Source: an uncultured Acidobacteriota bacterium (GTDB lineage: Bacteria; Acidobacteriota; Thermoanaerobaculia; Multivoradales; UBA5704). Taken from it: 64,000 nucleotides of DNA. The notes under the pieces were generated by a model that was not told where the DNA came from, searched no databases, and saw nothing but the letters and a program-made list of their open reading frames with translations. Positions within the stretch are counted from its first letter, which is position 1, and every line of letters starts with the position of its first letter. Below are positions 39,950 through 48,408 of this stretch, one piece after another. Location: assembly GCA_963770895.1 (NCBI GenBank), contig CAVYRF010000002.1, forward strand, positions 3,200,001 to 3,264,000, given 5' to 3'. The position numbers and the translations under genes are program-made.

Positions 39950-40537
39950 TCAAGGGGCGCCAAGGCGACGCCACGACCAGGCGTGCTCGACGGCGCGCAC
40001 CACCTCGTCGCGCGCGAACGGCTTGCGCAGGATGTCCAGGCCGCGATGGTGGCTCACCTCCTGCCACAGGTATTCGTCGGCCACCGTCGACGCCAGCAGG
40101 ACGCCCGCGCTCTGCGGCACCAGCGCCAGCCGCGCCAGCCGCCGGCGCCAGTCCTGGCCCGGCAGGTCGCGGTCCAGGACCACCACCGCGCAAGGTTCCA
40201 GCGCCAGGGTGGCGACGGCATCGTCGAGCGACGCCGCGAGCTGATGCCGCCATCCCGACTGCTCGGCGATCTGGCGCAAGCTGGCCGCCGCCCTGGGATC
40301 GCGGGTGATCAGCAGCACCGCGATCGCGGCATCGCCCCGGGCGGCAGCGGCGGGGGCGGCCGCCGCCGCGGCGCCGGCGGCGGGAGGGCCGTGGAGGGGT
40401 GCGTGCGGCGGTGCGCTGTCGGCGGGGGCGGGGGCGGGGGCGGCGGCGCGGGCGCGGTGGGAACGCGGCCTGCCGAGCGTGAAGCGCAACCATTCGCTGA
40501 GGTGGAACATCGCCTGCCATGCCTCTCTCTGGCACAA
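39950..40537 (-). CDS. Atypical single-domain receiver protein
   Basis: VVVLDRDLPG (phospho-Asp) and LRKPF are present; the acidic pocket is degenerate (LITRD). Confidence 0.65.
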   Translation of the reverse strand: MCQREAWQAMFHLSEWLRFTLGRPRSHRARAAAPAPAPADSAPPHAPLHGPPAAGAAAAAAPAAAARGDAAIAVLLITRDPRAAASLRQIAEQSGWRHQLAASLDDAVATLALEPCAVVVLDRDLPGQDWRRRLARLALVPQSAGVLLASTVADEYLWQEVSHHRGLDILRKPFARDEVVRAVEHAWSWRRLGAP

Positions 40538-40667
40538 ACTACGAGAGACAGGGCGGTCCGCCCATCCCGGAGCGACGGTATTTGGCGGCGCGAACGGCCG
40601 GTAGGACAGGTGAGGCGCCGGCCGGATCGGCCGGGGCTCAGCGGCGGCTCGGGGGGAGCTCAGCGGC

Positions 40668-41330
40668 TCAGATCTTGGTGACCGAATGACGCACGTCGCG
40701 GCCTTCGACGTAGTAGATGACGTCTTCGGCGATGTTGGTGGCGTGGTCGGCGATGCGTTCCAGGTTGCGGGAAATGAGCAAAAGATGCAGTGCGCGAGTG
40801 ACCGTGCGGGGGTCCTCGATCATGTAGGTGAGCAGTTCGCGGAACAGCTGGTGATACAGGCCGTCGACCGCGTCGTCGCTGCGCAGCACGGCGCTGGCCA
40901 GCTCGGTGTCGCGATTGACGAAGGCGTCCAGGCTCTGGCGCACCATGGTCTGCACCAGCTCCGAGAGGTGCGGCAGGTCGATGTACGGCTTGAGCGGCGG
41001 CTGCTCCACCAGCTGCTCGACCGATTGCGCGATGTTGACCGCCGAATCGCCGATGCGCTCGAGATCGCTGTTGATCTTCATCACTGCCACCAGGAAGCGC
41101 AGATCCACCGCCGCCGGCTGCTTGCGGCCCAGCACGCCGTGGCAAAATTCGTCGATCTCCATTTCCAGGTGATCGACCACCGTGTCGGTTGCGATCACTT
41201 CGCCGCACAGCTGCGCATTGCGCTCGAGCAGCGCCTGCGTCGCCTGGGCGACCATGTTCTCGACCATGCCGGCCATTTTCAACAGACCCTGGCGGATGCG
41301 ATCGAGATCTTGATCCAGACGTCGTTCCAT
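40668..41330 (-). CDS. phoU: Phosphate signalling protein PhoU
   Basis: QPAAVDLR, DLERIGDSAVNIA, LERIADHATNIAEDVIY. Confidence 0.96.
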   Translation of the reverse strand: MERRLDQDLDRIRQGLLKMAGMVENMVAQATQALLERNAQLCGEVIATDTVVDHLEMEIDEFCHGVLGRKQPAAVDLRFLVAVMKINSDLERIGDSAVNIAQSVEQLVEQPPLKPYIDLPHLSELVQTMVRQSLDAFVNRDTELASAVLRSDDAVDGLYHQLFRELLTYMIEDPRTVTRALHLLLISRNLERIADHATNIAEDVIYYVEGRDVRHSVTKI

Positions 41331-41418
41331 GAACTGGCAGCCCCCTTCTTCAACGCGCGGCATCTTACCTGCTCGCGAGCAGGATAGAAAGCAGCCAGAG
41401 CCCGCTGGCGGCGCGCGG

Positions 41419-41460
41419 CGGTGACAGCTTGCCGGCGTCACTGTGACGCCGACATGACGA
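41419..41460 (-). promoter_or_regulatory. PHO-box-like repeats upstream of phoU
   Basis: Minus-strand GTCAT/GTCAC/GTCAC cores (plus-strand starts 41454, 41443, 41421; 11- and 22-bp spacing). Confidence 0.65.
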
Positions 41461-41542
41461 CAAGTGTCCTGATGGGCGCCCTGCGGCAGGGCCACCGGGT
41501 GTGGAGCCGGCGCGCGCCGTCGGCGCGCCGCGGGCGCGGCCG

Positions 41543-42202
41543 TCAGGTGGTATGCGGTAGCAGCCGTCCTTCCATGATGTCGCGCACGCCGTCGGCCAGC
41601 TCGCGAAACACCTTGTTGCGGCGCAGCTTGAGGCGCTGGTAGGAGCGCGCGATGTCGAGGATCATCAGCACCCGCATCGAGGCGCACGCCAGCTCGCCGG
41701 TGCGGTGGCTGCCGATGCGCTCAAATCCCAGCACGCGGGTGTGGAAGCCGAGCGGAGAATGGGGATCGTCGGCGAAGACCGAGGTGAGAAAGTGCGTATA
41801 GCCGCGCTCCACCACCTCGATGATGGCGGCGCGCATCAGCCGCAGCACGGCGCGAATGTTGCGCCGGTAGCGCGGCACGATCATGAAGCGGCCGATGTCG
41901 ACAAAGCGGCAGCGCCGCCGCAGCGCATCCAGGTCCACCCCGGCCTCCAGCGTGACGCCAAGCTCGGCCGGCAGCTCCAGCGGCGGGTCGTACATCAGCC
42001 GGATGACGCCGGCCGGCCGGCCGTTGACCGTCACCAGGAACCAGGAGCGGTCGGTCAAAGTGGCGGTGTCGGCCGGCACCTCGCTGGCGGCGTCGGCAAT
42101 CCATCGCTTTTCGCGCCGATACACCGCTTCGATCACCGACAGCGCCATGGCGCGGTCGGCGGCGGTGACCACCTTGTGAGCGTCGATCACGCTGCGGATC
42201 AT
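41543..42202 (-). CDS. GNAT-fold N-acyltransferase (FeeM/OlsB/LuxI-like superfamily)
   Basis: VYRREKRW, PAGVIRL, FVDIGRFMIVPRYR, LGFERIG. Confidence 0.7.
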   Translation of the reverse strand: MIRSVIDAHKVVTAADRAMALSVIEAVYRREKRWIADAASEVPADTATLTDRSWFLVTVNGRPAGVIRLMYDPPLELPAELGVTLEAGVDLDALRRRCRFVDIGRFMIVPRYRRNIRAVLRLMRAAIIEVVERGYTHFLTSVFADDPHSPLGFHTRVLGFERIGSHRTGELACASMRVLMILDIARSYQRLKLRRNKVFRELADGVRDIMEGRLLPHTT

Positions 42203-43146
42203 GATGCCTCCAGACCGGTCGCCGGGGCGCGGCGTGCCGCGCGGCGGCGCTCGGGATAAGGGTCGCAGGCACGTCCCAGCTCGCCGGCCAGGGCGGCCAT
42301 CACCCGGTTGACCACTCGCCGCGCCAGCTCGCGCCGGGCCGCGGGCTCTTCCTGCAGCTGGCGGCGCTCGGCGTCACAATCCATCGGCGCGCCGATCGAC
42401 AGCACCAGCCGCCCCAGCCGCGGCGGCCGGCCCAGCCGCGCCTGCGCCGGATAGCGGATCGCCGCCGGCACCACCGGCACGCCCGCCGCAAGCGCCAGCT
42501 CGCCCAGCCCCAGCCGCCCGCGCAGCAGGCGGCCGCCGTCGGGATTGCGCGTCCCCTCGGGAAAGATCCCGATGCTTTCGCCGCGCCGCAGCCGCGCCAG
42601 GCACGCCTCCAGCACCGGCAGGCGCCGCTGCTCGAGCCGATGCCCCTCGCGCAACCGAAAGCGCGCCGGCTTGTTGTACACCGCGATCGGATCGCCGCGG
42701 CGCAGCAGCCAACCCAGCCCCGGCGCCTCCACATACATCCAGTCCGCCAGAAAGTGCAGCGGCCGCCCCTGGCGCAAGAAGATCAGCGCCGCCGGCACCA
42801 GCAGCGCTTCGAACGCCGTGCTGTGATTGAAAGCAAACAGCGCCGGCTCCGGCACCGCCGCCAGCCGCTCCGCATGCTCGATCTCCACCAGCTGCCCCAG
42901 CGTCAGCATCACCCCCCGGCAAGCCATCCGGCTCACCCGCCGGCGCATATAAGGAAGGCCAGCCGTCAGCGGCGCCAACCCCGCCCGCCAGCCAGGCGCC
43001 GAGGCTGCCTCAAGAGAGGCTGCCAGCGCTGGCCCGGCCTCTGGGGGCGCGGACGCGGCGGCAACGGGCGCCGCCGCGCCGGCGCGGCGGACGGGGGCGG
43101 ACGGATCGGCAGGGGTGGTTGCCTGCACCTGTGCAATCGCTTCCAT
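42199..43146 (-). CDS. PlsC-like lysophospholipid acyltransferase
   Basis: NHSTAFE (HX4D variant with Glu), IFPEGTRN, VPVVPAAI. Stop overlaps the GNAT start. Confidence 0.85.
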   Translation of the reverse strand: MEAIAQVQATTPADPSAPVRRAGAAAPVAAASAPPEAGPALAASLEAASAPGWRAGLAPLTAGLPYMRRRVSRMACRGVMLTLGQLVEIEHAERLAAVPEPALFAFNHSTAFEALLVPAALIFLRQGRPLHFLADWMYVEAPGLGWLLRRGDPIAVYNKPARFRLREGHRLEQRRLPVLEACLARLRRGESIGIFPEGTRNPDGGRLLRGRLGLGELALAAGVPVVPAAIRYPAQARLGRPPRLGRLVLSIGAPMDCDAERRQLQEEPAARRELARRVVNRVMAALAGELGRACDPYPERRRAARRAPATGLEAS

Positions 43147-43179
43147 CCCCTGTAGTTATCGCAAATCGCCGTGTTGACC

Positions 43180-43210
43180 GCGTTGCGCCGCGGTGCCGCC
43201 ACGGTGACAG
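43180..43210 (-). promoter_or_regulatory. PHO-box-like repeats upstream of the acyltransferase operon
   Basis: Minus strand ctGTCACcgtg/gcGGCACcgcg/gcGCAACg at 11-bp spacing, about 35 bp upstream of ATG 43146. Confidence 0.5.
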
Positions 43211-43219
43211 GCGACGCGC

Positions 43220-44482
43220 TCAGGCGGGTGGTGCGGGGGGCGGCGGGACGACGGCGGGAGGGCGCGGGCCGATGTAGGCGGACTGCGGGCGGATCAGGCG
43301 GCGCGAGCGCTGCTGTTCGTGGATGTGGGCGCACCAGCCGGCGACGCGGCCGATGGCGAAGATCGAGGTGAACAGGGTGCGGTCGATGCCCAGGGCGTCC
43401 AGCAGCACGGCGGTGGCGAACTCGACGTTGGTATCCAGGCGGCGGTCGGGGTGGCGCTCGGCCAGCACGGCGAGCGCGTCCCGCTCCACCTGCTCGGCCA
43501 GGGCCAGGCGGTCGCCGGCGGCGGCGCCACCGGCCGCGCGCAGGCGCTCGACCTGCGCCTTGAGCACATCGGCGCGCGGGTCGCGCACCCGATAGATGCG
43601 GTGACCGAAGCCCATCAGGCGGCGGCCGGCGGCGATTTCGGCACGCAACCAGGCGCGGCGGTCGGGGTGGCTCGCCAGCGCATCCAGCATGTCCAGCACC
43701 GGGCCGGGAGCGCCGCCGTGCAGCGGCCCTTCGAGCGCCGCCAGGGCCGCCACGACCGACGGCAGGACCCCCGCGGCGGTCGATGCCACCACCCGCGCCG
43801 TGAACGTCGAGGCGTTCATGCCGTGCTCGGCGACCGTCACCAGGTAGGCGTCCAGCGCCGCCGCCTCACCCGCCGACGCGGGCTGGCCGCGCAGCATCGC
43901 CAGGAAGTCCGCCGCCTGCCCCAGCCGCGGATCGGGCGCCACCGGCGGCAGTCCCCGCCGCGCCCGGTCGAACGCCGCCACCAGCACCGGCATCGCCGCC
44001 GTCGCCAGGATGGCATCCCCGTCCCCATCCCCATTCGCTCCCGTACCCGTCGCCCTCACTTCCGCCCCGGACACAACCCCCGCTCCAGCTCCCGTGCCCG
44101 TCGCCACTTCCGCTCCCGGCACACCCCCCGCCGCGCCGGGCGGCAGGCTGGCAATCCCCAGCCGCAGCGCCGCCATCGGCGGCAGCGCCGCGGCGATTGC
44201 CGCCAGCTCCATCTTGCGGTTGCCGCCGGTGAGCGTCTCGAAGACCGCGACGCGGGCGCGGCCGAGGGCGGCGGTGAGGATGGATGGCTCGCCCGCCGGG
44301 GCGGCGGTGGGCAGCGGCACCAGCCCTTCCCACAGCAGGCGGATCATGTCTTCGAACGACACGTGGCCGGCCAGGTCATCGATCGAATGCCCGCGCACGA
44401 TGAGCCTGCCGGCCTCTCCCTCGACGGCGGACAGGGTGGTTTCTGCGACGACGATGCCTTCAAGTCCTGCGATAGCGGTCAT
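43220..44482 (-). CDS. Citrate synthase/methylcitrate synthase family protein
   Basis: GLEGIVVAET, AEHGMNASTFTAR, GPLHGGA, GFGHRIYRVRDPRA, NVEF. Confidence 0.88.
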   Translation of the reverse strand: MTAIAGLEGIVVAETTLSAVEGEAGRLIVRGHSIDDLAGHVSFEDMIRLLWEGLVPLPTAAPAGEPSILTAALGRARVAVFETLTGGNRKMELAAIAAALPPMAALRLGIASLPPGAAGGVPGAEVATGTGAGAGVVSGAEVRATGTGANGDGDGDAILATAAMPVLVAAFDRARRGLPPVAPDPRLGQAADFLAMLRGQPASAGEAAALDAYLVTVAEHGMNASTFTARVVASTAAGVLPSVVAALAALEGPLHGGAPGPVLDMLDALASHPDRRAWLRAEIAAGRRLMGFGHRIYRVRDPRADVLKAQVERLRAAGGAAAGDRLALAEQVERDALAVLAERHPDRRLDTNVEFATAVLLDALGIDRTLFTSIFAIGRVAGWCAHIHEQQRSRRLIRPQSAYIGPRPPAVVPPPPAPPA

Positions 44483-44633
44483 TGGAGCTCCTTGGATGGC
44501 AGGCGGCGCCTTGGGCTGCGGCAGCCATCTCGATGACGGGCGCCCCCGCCCCGGTCGCCGGCCAGGTTGGCCGATCGCCGGAGCCGGGCGGTGTGCCTGC
44601 AAGCAGTGTTGATCCGGCCGGCAATCTCTGTCA

Positions 44634-44655
44634 ATATTGATTCACCAATCAATAT
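44634..44655. promoter_or_regulatory. Palindromic operator between the divergent citrate-synthase-like genes
   Basis: ATATTGAT-tcacca-ATCAATAT, overlapping ATG 44654. Confidence 0.7.
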
Positions 44656-46009
44656 GAGCGAGCGCCACTTTCTCACCGCCGCCGAAGCCGCCGCCGCTCT
44701 GGGTGTGCGGCGGGCGACGCTCTATGCCTATGTCAGCCGCGGCCTGTTGCGCAGCGAAGACGATCCCTCCGGCCGCGGCCGCCGCTACGCGGTGGCCCAG
44801 GTGGAGGCGCTCAAGCAGCGCGCCGCCGGCCGCCGCGATCCGCCCGGCCTGGTGCGCGACGCGCTGGACTGGGGCGTGCCGGTGCTCGATTCGTCGCTCA
44901 CCCTGATCGCCGGCGGGCGCCTCTGCTACCGCGGCCTGGACGCCGTGGACCTGGCGCGCCGCGGCGAAACCTTGGAGTGCGTCGCTGCTCTGCTGTGGCT
45001 CGGCAGCCTGGATGCGCCGCTGCCCGGCGGGGCTCCGCGGCCGGCCCCTGTCTGGCCGCGACACCCGCTGGCGCTGCTCACCGAAGGTGAGATCGCCACC
45101 GGCCGATCGTGGCGTCCCATGCAGCGCCTGCTGGCATGGCTGCCGCTGGCGTCGGCGGATGACCCGGTGGCCTACGACCTGCGGCCCGCCTCGGTCGTCG
45201 CCGCCGGCGCGCGCCTCCTGCCGCTGCTCGCCACCTGTGCCGCCGGCACCGGTCCGCCGTCGGCATCAGGCGCCAGCACCACCGCGCCGGTGGCCGCGAT
45301 CCTGGCCCGGGGCTGGGCCAAACCGGGTTCCGGAGCGGGTAGCGCTGGTAGAGTTGGGGGCGACAGCGCAGGCAGCGGCAGTGCCGGCGGCGAGGGCATC
45401 GCCGCGATGACGCAGTTGATCGACGCGGCGCTGGTGCTGTCGGCGGACCATGAGCTGAACGTGTCGGCGTTTACGGCCCGTTGCGTGGCGTCGGCGCGGG
45501 CGCCGCTGGCGGCGGTGGTGCAGGCGGGGCTGGCGGCGTTGAGCGGCGCGCGGCACGGTGCGTATGCCGACCGGGTGGAGGCGCTGTTCGACGAGATCGC
45601 GCCGGCGCCTGGCAGTCCGGTGCGGGCGGACGCCGTGCGGGCTCGCTTGGCGGACCGTCTGCGGCGCGGCGAAGACGTCCCCGGCTTCGGCCATCCTTTG
45701 TACCCCGACGGCGATCCGCGTGGGCGGCTGCTGGTCGACCTGGCGGCGGCGCGGCGGCCCGGCGCTGCGGCGGTGGAGCAGGCGCTGGCGATGGCGGACG
45801 CCGCCCGCGATCTGCTGGGCGACCGCCCGACCCTGGATTTCGGCCTGGTGACGCTGGCGCGCGCCCTGGACCTGCCCGCCGGCGCCGCGGTCGCGCTGTT
45901 CGCGGTCGGCCGCGCCGCCGGCTGGATCGCCCACGCTCTCGAACAGTATGCCGATCCGCGCCTCATCCGCCCGCGCGCCCGCTACGTCGGCCCCGACCCG
46001 CCGGCCTGA
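44654..46009 (+). CDS. HTH-citrate synthase-like fusion protein
   Basis: N-terminal LTAAEAAAALGVRRATLYAYVSRGLL excisionase/MerR-like HTH, then ADHELNVSAF and GFGHPLYPDGDPRG. Confidence 0.88.
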   Translation: MSERHFLTAAEAAAALGVRRATLYAYVSRGLLRSEDDPSGRGRRYAVAQVEALKQRAAGRRDPPGLVRDALDWGVPVLDSSLTLIAGGRLCYRGLDAVDLARRGETLECVAALLWLGSLDAPLPGGAPRPAPVWPRHPLALLTEGEIATGRSWRPMQRLLAWLPLASADDPVAYDLRPASVVAAGARLLPLLATCAAGTGPPSASGASTTAPVAAILARGWAKPGSGAGSAGRVGGDSAGSGSAGGEGIAAMTQLIDAALVLSADHELNVSAFTARCVASARAPLAAVVQAGLAALSGARHGAYADRVEALFDEIAPAPGSPVRADAVRARLADRLRRGEDVPGFGHPLYPDGDPRGRLLVDLAAARRPGAAAVEQALAMADAARDLLGDRPTLDFGLVTLARALDLPAGAAVALFAVGRAAGWIAHALEQYADPRLIRPRARYVGPDPPA

Positions 46010-46011
46010 GG

Positions 46012-47421
46012 CTATGCGGTGGCGGCGGGGAGGTGGGGGGCTTCGCCGGCGGCGGCTGGCGTGGCGGCGGCCAGGGGGAGGTGGACGCGGAAGGTGCTGC
46101 CGCGGCCCATGCGGCTTTCGACTTCGACGTGGCCGCCGTGGGATTGGGCGAGGTGCTTGACGATGGCCAGGCCCAGGCCGGTGCCACCTTCTTCGCGGGC
46201 GCGGCCCTTGTCGACGCGGTAGAAGCGCTCGAAGATGCGCGCCAGGGAGTCCTGCGGGATGCCGATGCCGGTATCGGCGACTTCGATCAGGGCTTCCGTT
46301 TCGCCGCGCGTCAGGCGCAGGACGACCTCACCGCCGGGGCGGTTGTATTTGATGGCGTTGTCCAGGAGGTTGACCAGCAGGCGCTCCAGGCCGTCGGCGT
46401 CGCCCGGCAGGCGCGGCGCGCCCTGGTCGCGCACCTCGACGCGGATGCCGCGCTCGCGCGCGGCGGCGGCCAGCACTTCGGTGGCGCGCTGGGCCAGGGC
46501 GGCCAGGTCGACCGGCTCGCGCTCGCGCGGCTGGCCGATGCCTTCGAGGCGCGACAGGGTGAGCAGATCGTCGAGCAGCGCCTGCAGGCGCCGGGTCTGC
46601 CAGATCAGGCGTTCGGTGAAGCGGCGGGCGGTCTCCTCTTCCTGGAGGGCGCCGTCGCGCAGGGTTTCGGCGTAACCGCGGATCGCCGCCAGCGGCGTCT
46701 TGAGCTCGTGCGAGACGTTGGCGACGAAGTCGCGGCGCATGTCGGCGACGCGGGTCAGCTCGGTGGTGTCGCGCACCACCACGACGGCGCCGCGCTGGCC
46801 GGCATCGAGGGCGGCGGAGGCGAGCAGCAGGGTGCGGCGCTCCGGCACCTGCAGCTCGATCTGGCCGCTCTGCGGCTCGCCCTTGCGCAGGGTGTCGTCC
46901 ACCAGGCGCGCCAGCTCGGGATGGCGGTAGATCTCCAGCAGCGGCCGGCCGGTGACGTCGCCGGTCAGGTCGAACAGGCGCAGCAGGGCGGCGTTGGCCG
47001 ACGAGGCGCGGCCGTCCTGGGCGATGACCAGCACGCCCTCGGACATGCTGGCCAGGATCGATTGCAGGTGGTCGCGCTCGCCGCGGATCGCGGCGAACTG
47101 CTGCTCGGCGGTTTCGGCCAGGCGATTGAGTGCGCGCGCCACCACCGCCAGCTCGGGCAGCCGCGGCTCCTCGACCCGGCTGGCCGCGCCGCGCGAGATC
47201 GCGCGGGCGCCCAGGGCGAGGTGGGCCAGCGGCCGCAGCAGGCCGCGGTCGATCCACAGCGCGCAGAGCAGGCCGGTGACGGTGGCGACGGCCAGGACGA
47301 TGCCGATCACCCAACCCTGCCGCAGGTGCAGCAGCAGGCCGACCCCGCCGGCCAGCGCCGCCGCCAGAGCTGGCCAGAAGGGGGCCAGGCGCAGCTTCGG
47401 CGGCAGGCCGACGGGACTCAA
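46012..47421 (-). CDS. phoR: Phosphate regulon sensor kinase
   Basis: HAMP, PAS, RRDFVANVSHELKTPL, NLLDNAIKY, IFERFYRVDKGR, GGTGLGLAIVKH. Confidence 0.92.
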   Translation of the reverse strand: MSPVGLPPKLRLAPFWPALAAALAGGVGLLLHLRQGWVIGIVLAVATVTGLLCALWIDRGLLRPLAHLALGARAISRGAASRVEEPRLPELAVVARALNRLAETAEQQFAAIRGERDHLQSILASMSEGVLVIAQDGRASSANAALLRLFDLTGDVTGRPLLEIYRHPELARLVDDTLRKGEPQSGQIELQVPERRTLLLASAALDAGQRGAVVVVRDTTELTRVADMRRDFVANVSHELKTPLAAIRGYAETLRDGALQEEETARRFTERLIWQTRRLQALLDDLLTLSRLEGIGQPREREPVDLAALAQRATEVLAAAARERGIRVEVRDQGAPRLPGDADGLERLLVNLLDNAIKYNRPGGEVVLRLTRGETEALIEVADTGIGIPQDSLARIFERFYRVDKGRAREEGGTGLGLAIVKHLAQSHGGHVEVESRMGRGSTFRVHLPLAAATPAAAGEAPHLPAATA

Positions 47422-47423
47422 GA

Positions 47424-48107
47424 TTAGGGTCTCAGGCGGTAGCCGACCCCGATCACGGTCTCGATTCGCTCCGCTTCGGGTCCGAGCTTGCGGCGCAGGC
47501 GCCGGATGTGGGTGTCGACGGTGCGGCTGTCGATGTCTTCGGCGTAACCCCAGACGTCGGACAGCAGCTGGCCGCGCGTCTGCACCCGGCTGTTGCGCTC
47601 GAGCAGCAGGCGCAGCAGGCGGAATTCGGTGGCGGTCAGGGGCACTTCCTTGCCGCGCACCCGCAGCTGGTGGCCGGAGATGTCGAGCTCGATGCCGCCC
47701 ACCTCCAGCATCTCGGCGGTGCTCTCCTCCTGCTGGAAGCGGCGCAGCACCGCCTTGACCCGCAGCACCACTTCCCGCGGGCTGAAGGGCTTGCTGATGT
47801 AGTCGTCGGCGCCCAGCTCCAGGCCGACGATGCGGTCGACCTCTTCGCCGCGGGCGGTGAGCATGACGATCGGCAGGCGCGCGGTCTGCGGGTCGCGCTT
47901 GAGCAGCCGCGTCAGCTCCAGGCCGTCGATGCCGGGCAGCATCAGGTCCAGGACGACCAGGTCGGGACCGTCGCGCCGGATCGCTTCCAACCCGGTGTCG
48001 CCGCGGCGCGCGGTGTCGACGTCGAACCCTTCCTTTTCGAGGTTGTACTGCAAAACCTCTGCAATATCCGGCTCATCTTCGATGACCAGGATCTTCTCTC
48101 GTGGCAT
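47424..48107 (-). CDS. phoB: Phosphate regulon response regulator
   Basis: LDLMLPGIDG, MLTARGEEVDRIVGLELGADDY, RTVDTHIRRLR. Adjacent to phoR. Confidence 0.92.
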   Translation of the reverse strand: MPREKILVIEDEPDIAEVLQYNLEKEGFDVDTARRGDTGLEAIRRDGPDLVVLDLMLPGIDGLELTRLLKRDPQTARLPIVMLTARGEEVDRIVGLELGADDYISKPFSPREVVLRVKAVLRRFQQEESTAEMLEVGGIELDISGHQLRVRGKEVPLTATEFRLLRLLLERNSRVQTRGQLLSDVWGYAEDIDSRTVDTHIRRLRRKLGPEAERIETVIGVGYRLRP

Positions 48108-48326
48108 GCGCGGCAGAGTAACATGCGGTTCCACAGCGGCAGTGGAAAACCCTGTGGAAAAGCGCCCTGGAACCCCCCCTGGCGGCCCACCGGAAGCTGC
48201 TTTCCCCTCTTTGAACAGGAAATTGTGCAATCGCCGCAAGTTGCTGACAGGAAAGGAGTTGTAATTCCGCGTCAGGCGCCGATCGGGGCTCCGGGCGGTA
48301 CGGCGGCGGAATTTCCACAGGGCAGG

Positions 48327-48368
48327 CGGTTACTTCCTTGCAAGGGTTGTGTTAACTCCTTGTGACGG
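48327..48368 (-). promoter_or_regulatory. PHO-box-like repeats upstream of phoB
   Basis: Minus-strand GTCAC/TTAAC/GTAAC cores (plus-strand starts 48362, 48351, 48329). Confidence 0.5.
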
Positions 48369-48408
48369 AGCAGCTTAGGCCCTCAGGGCCGGCTCCGGGG
48401 CGGGTGCC

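Noticed and set aside
41543-42202. LuxI quorum-sensing synthase
   Set aside because: It lacks the N-terminal R..F...W/E.D..D LuxI signature in full, there is no luxR nearby, and it is coupled to an acyltransferase.
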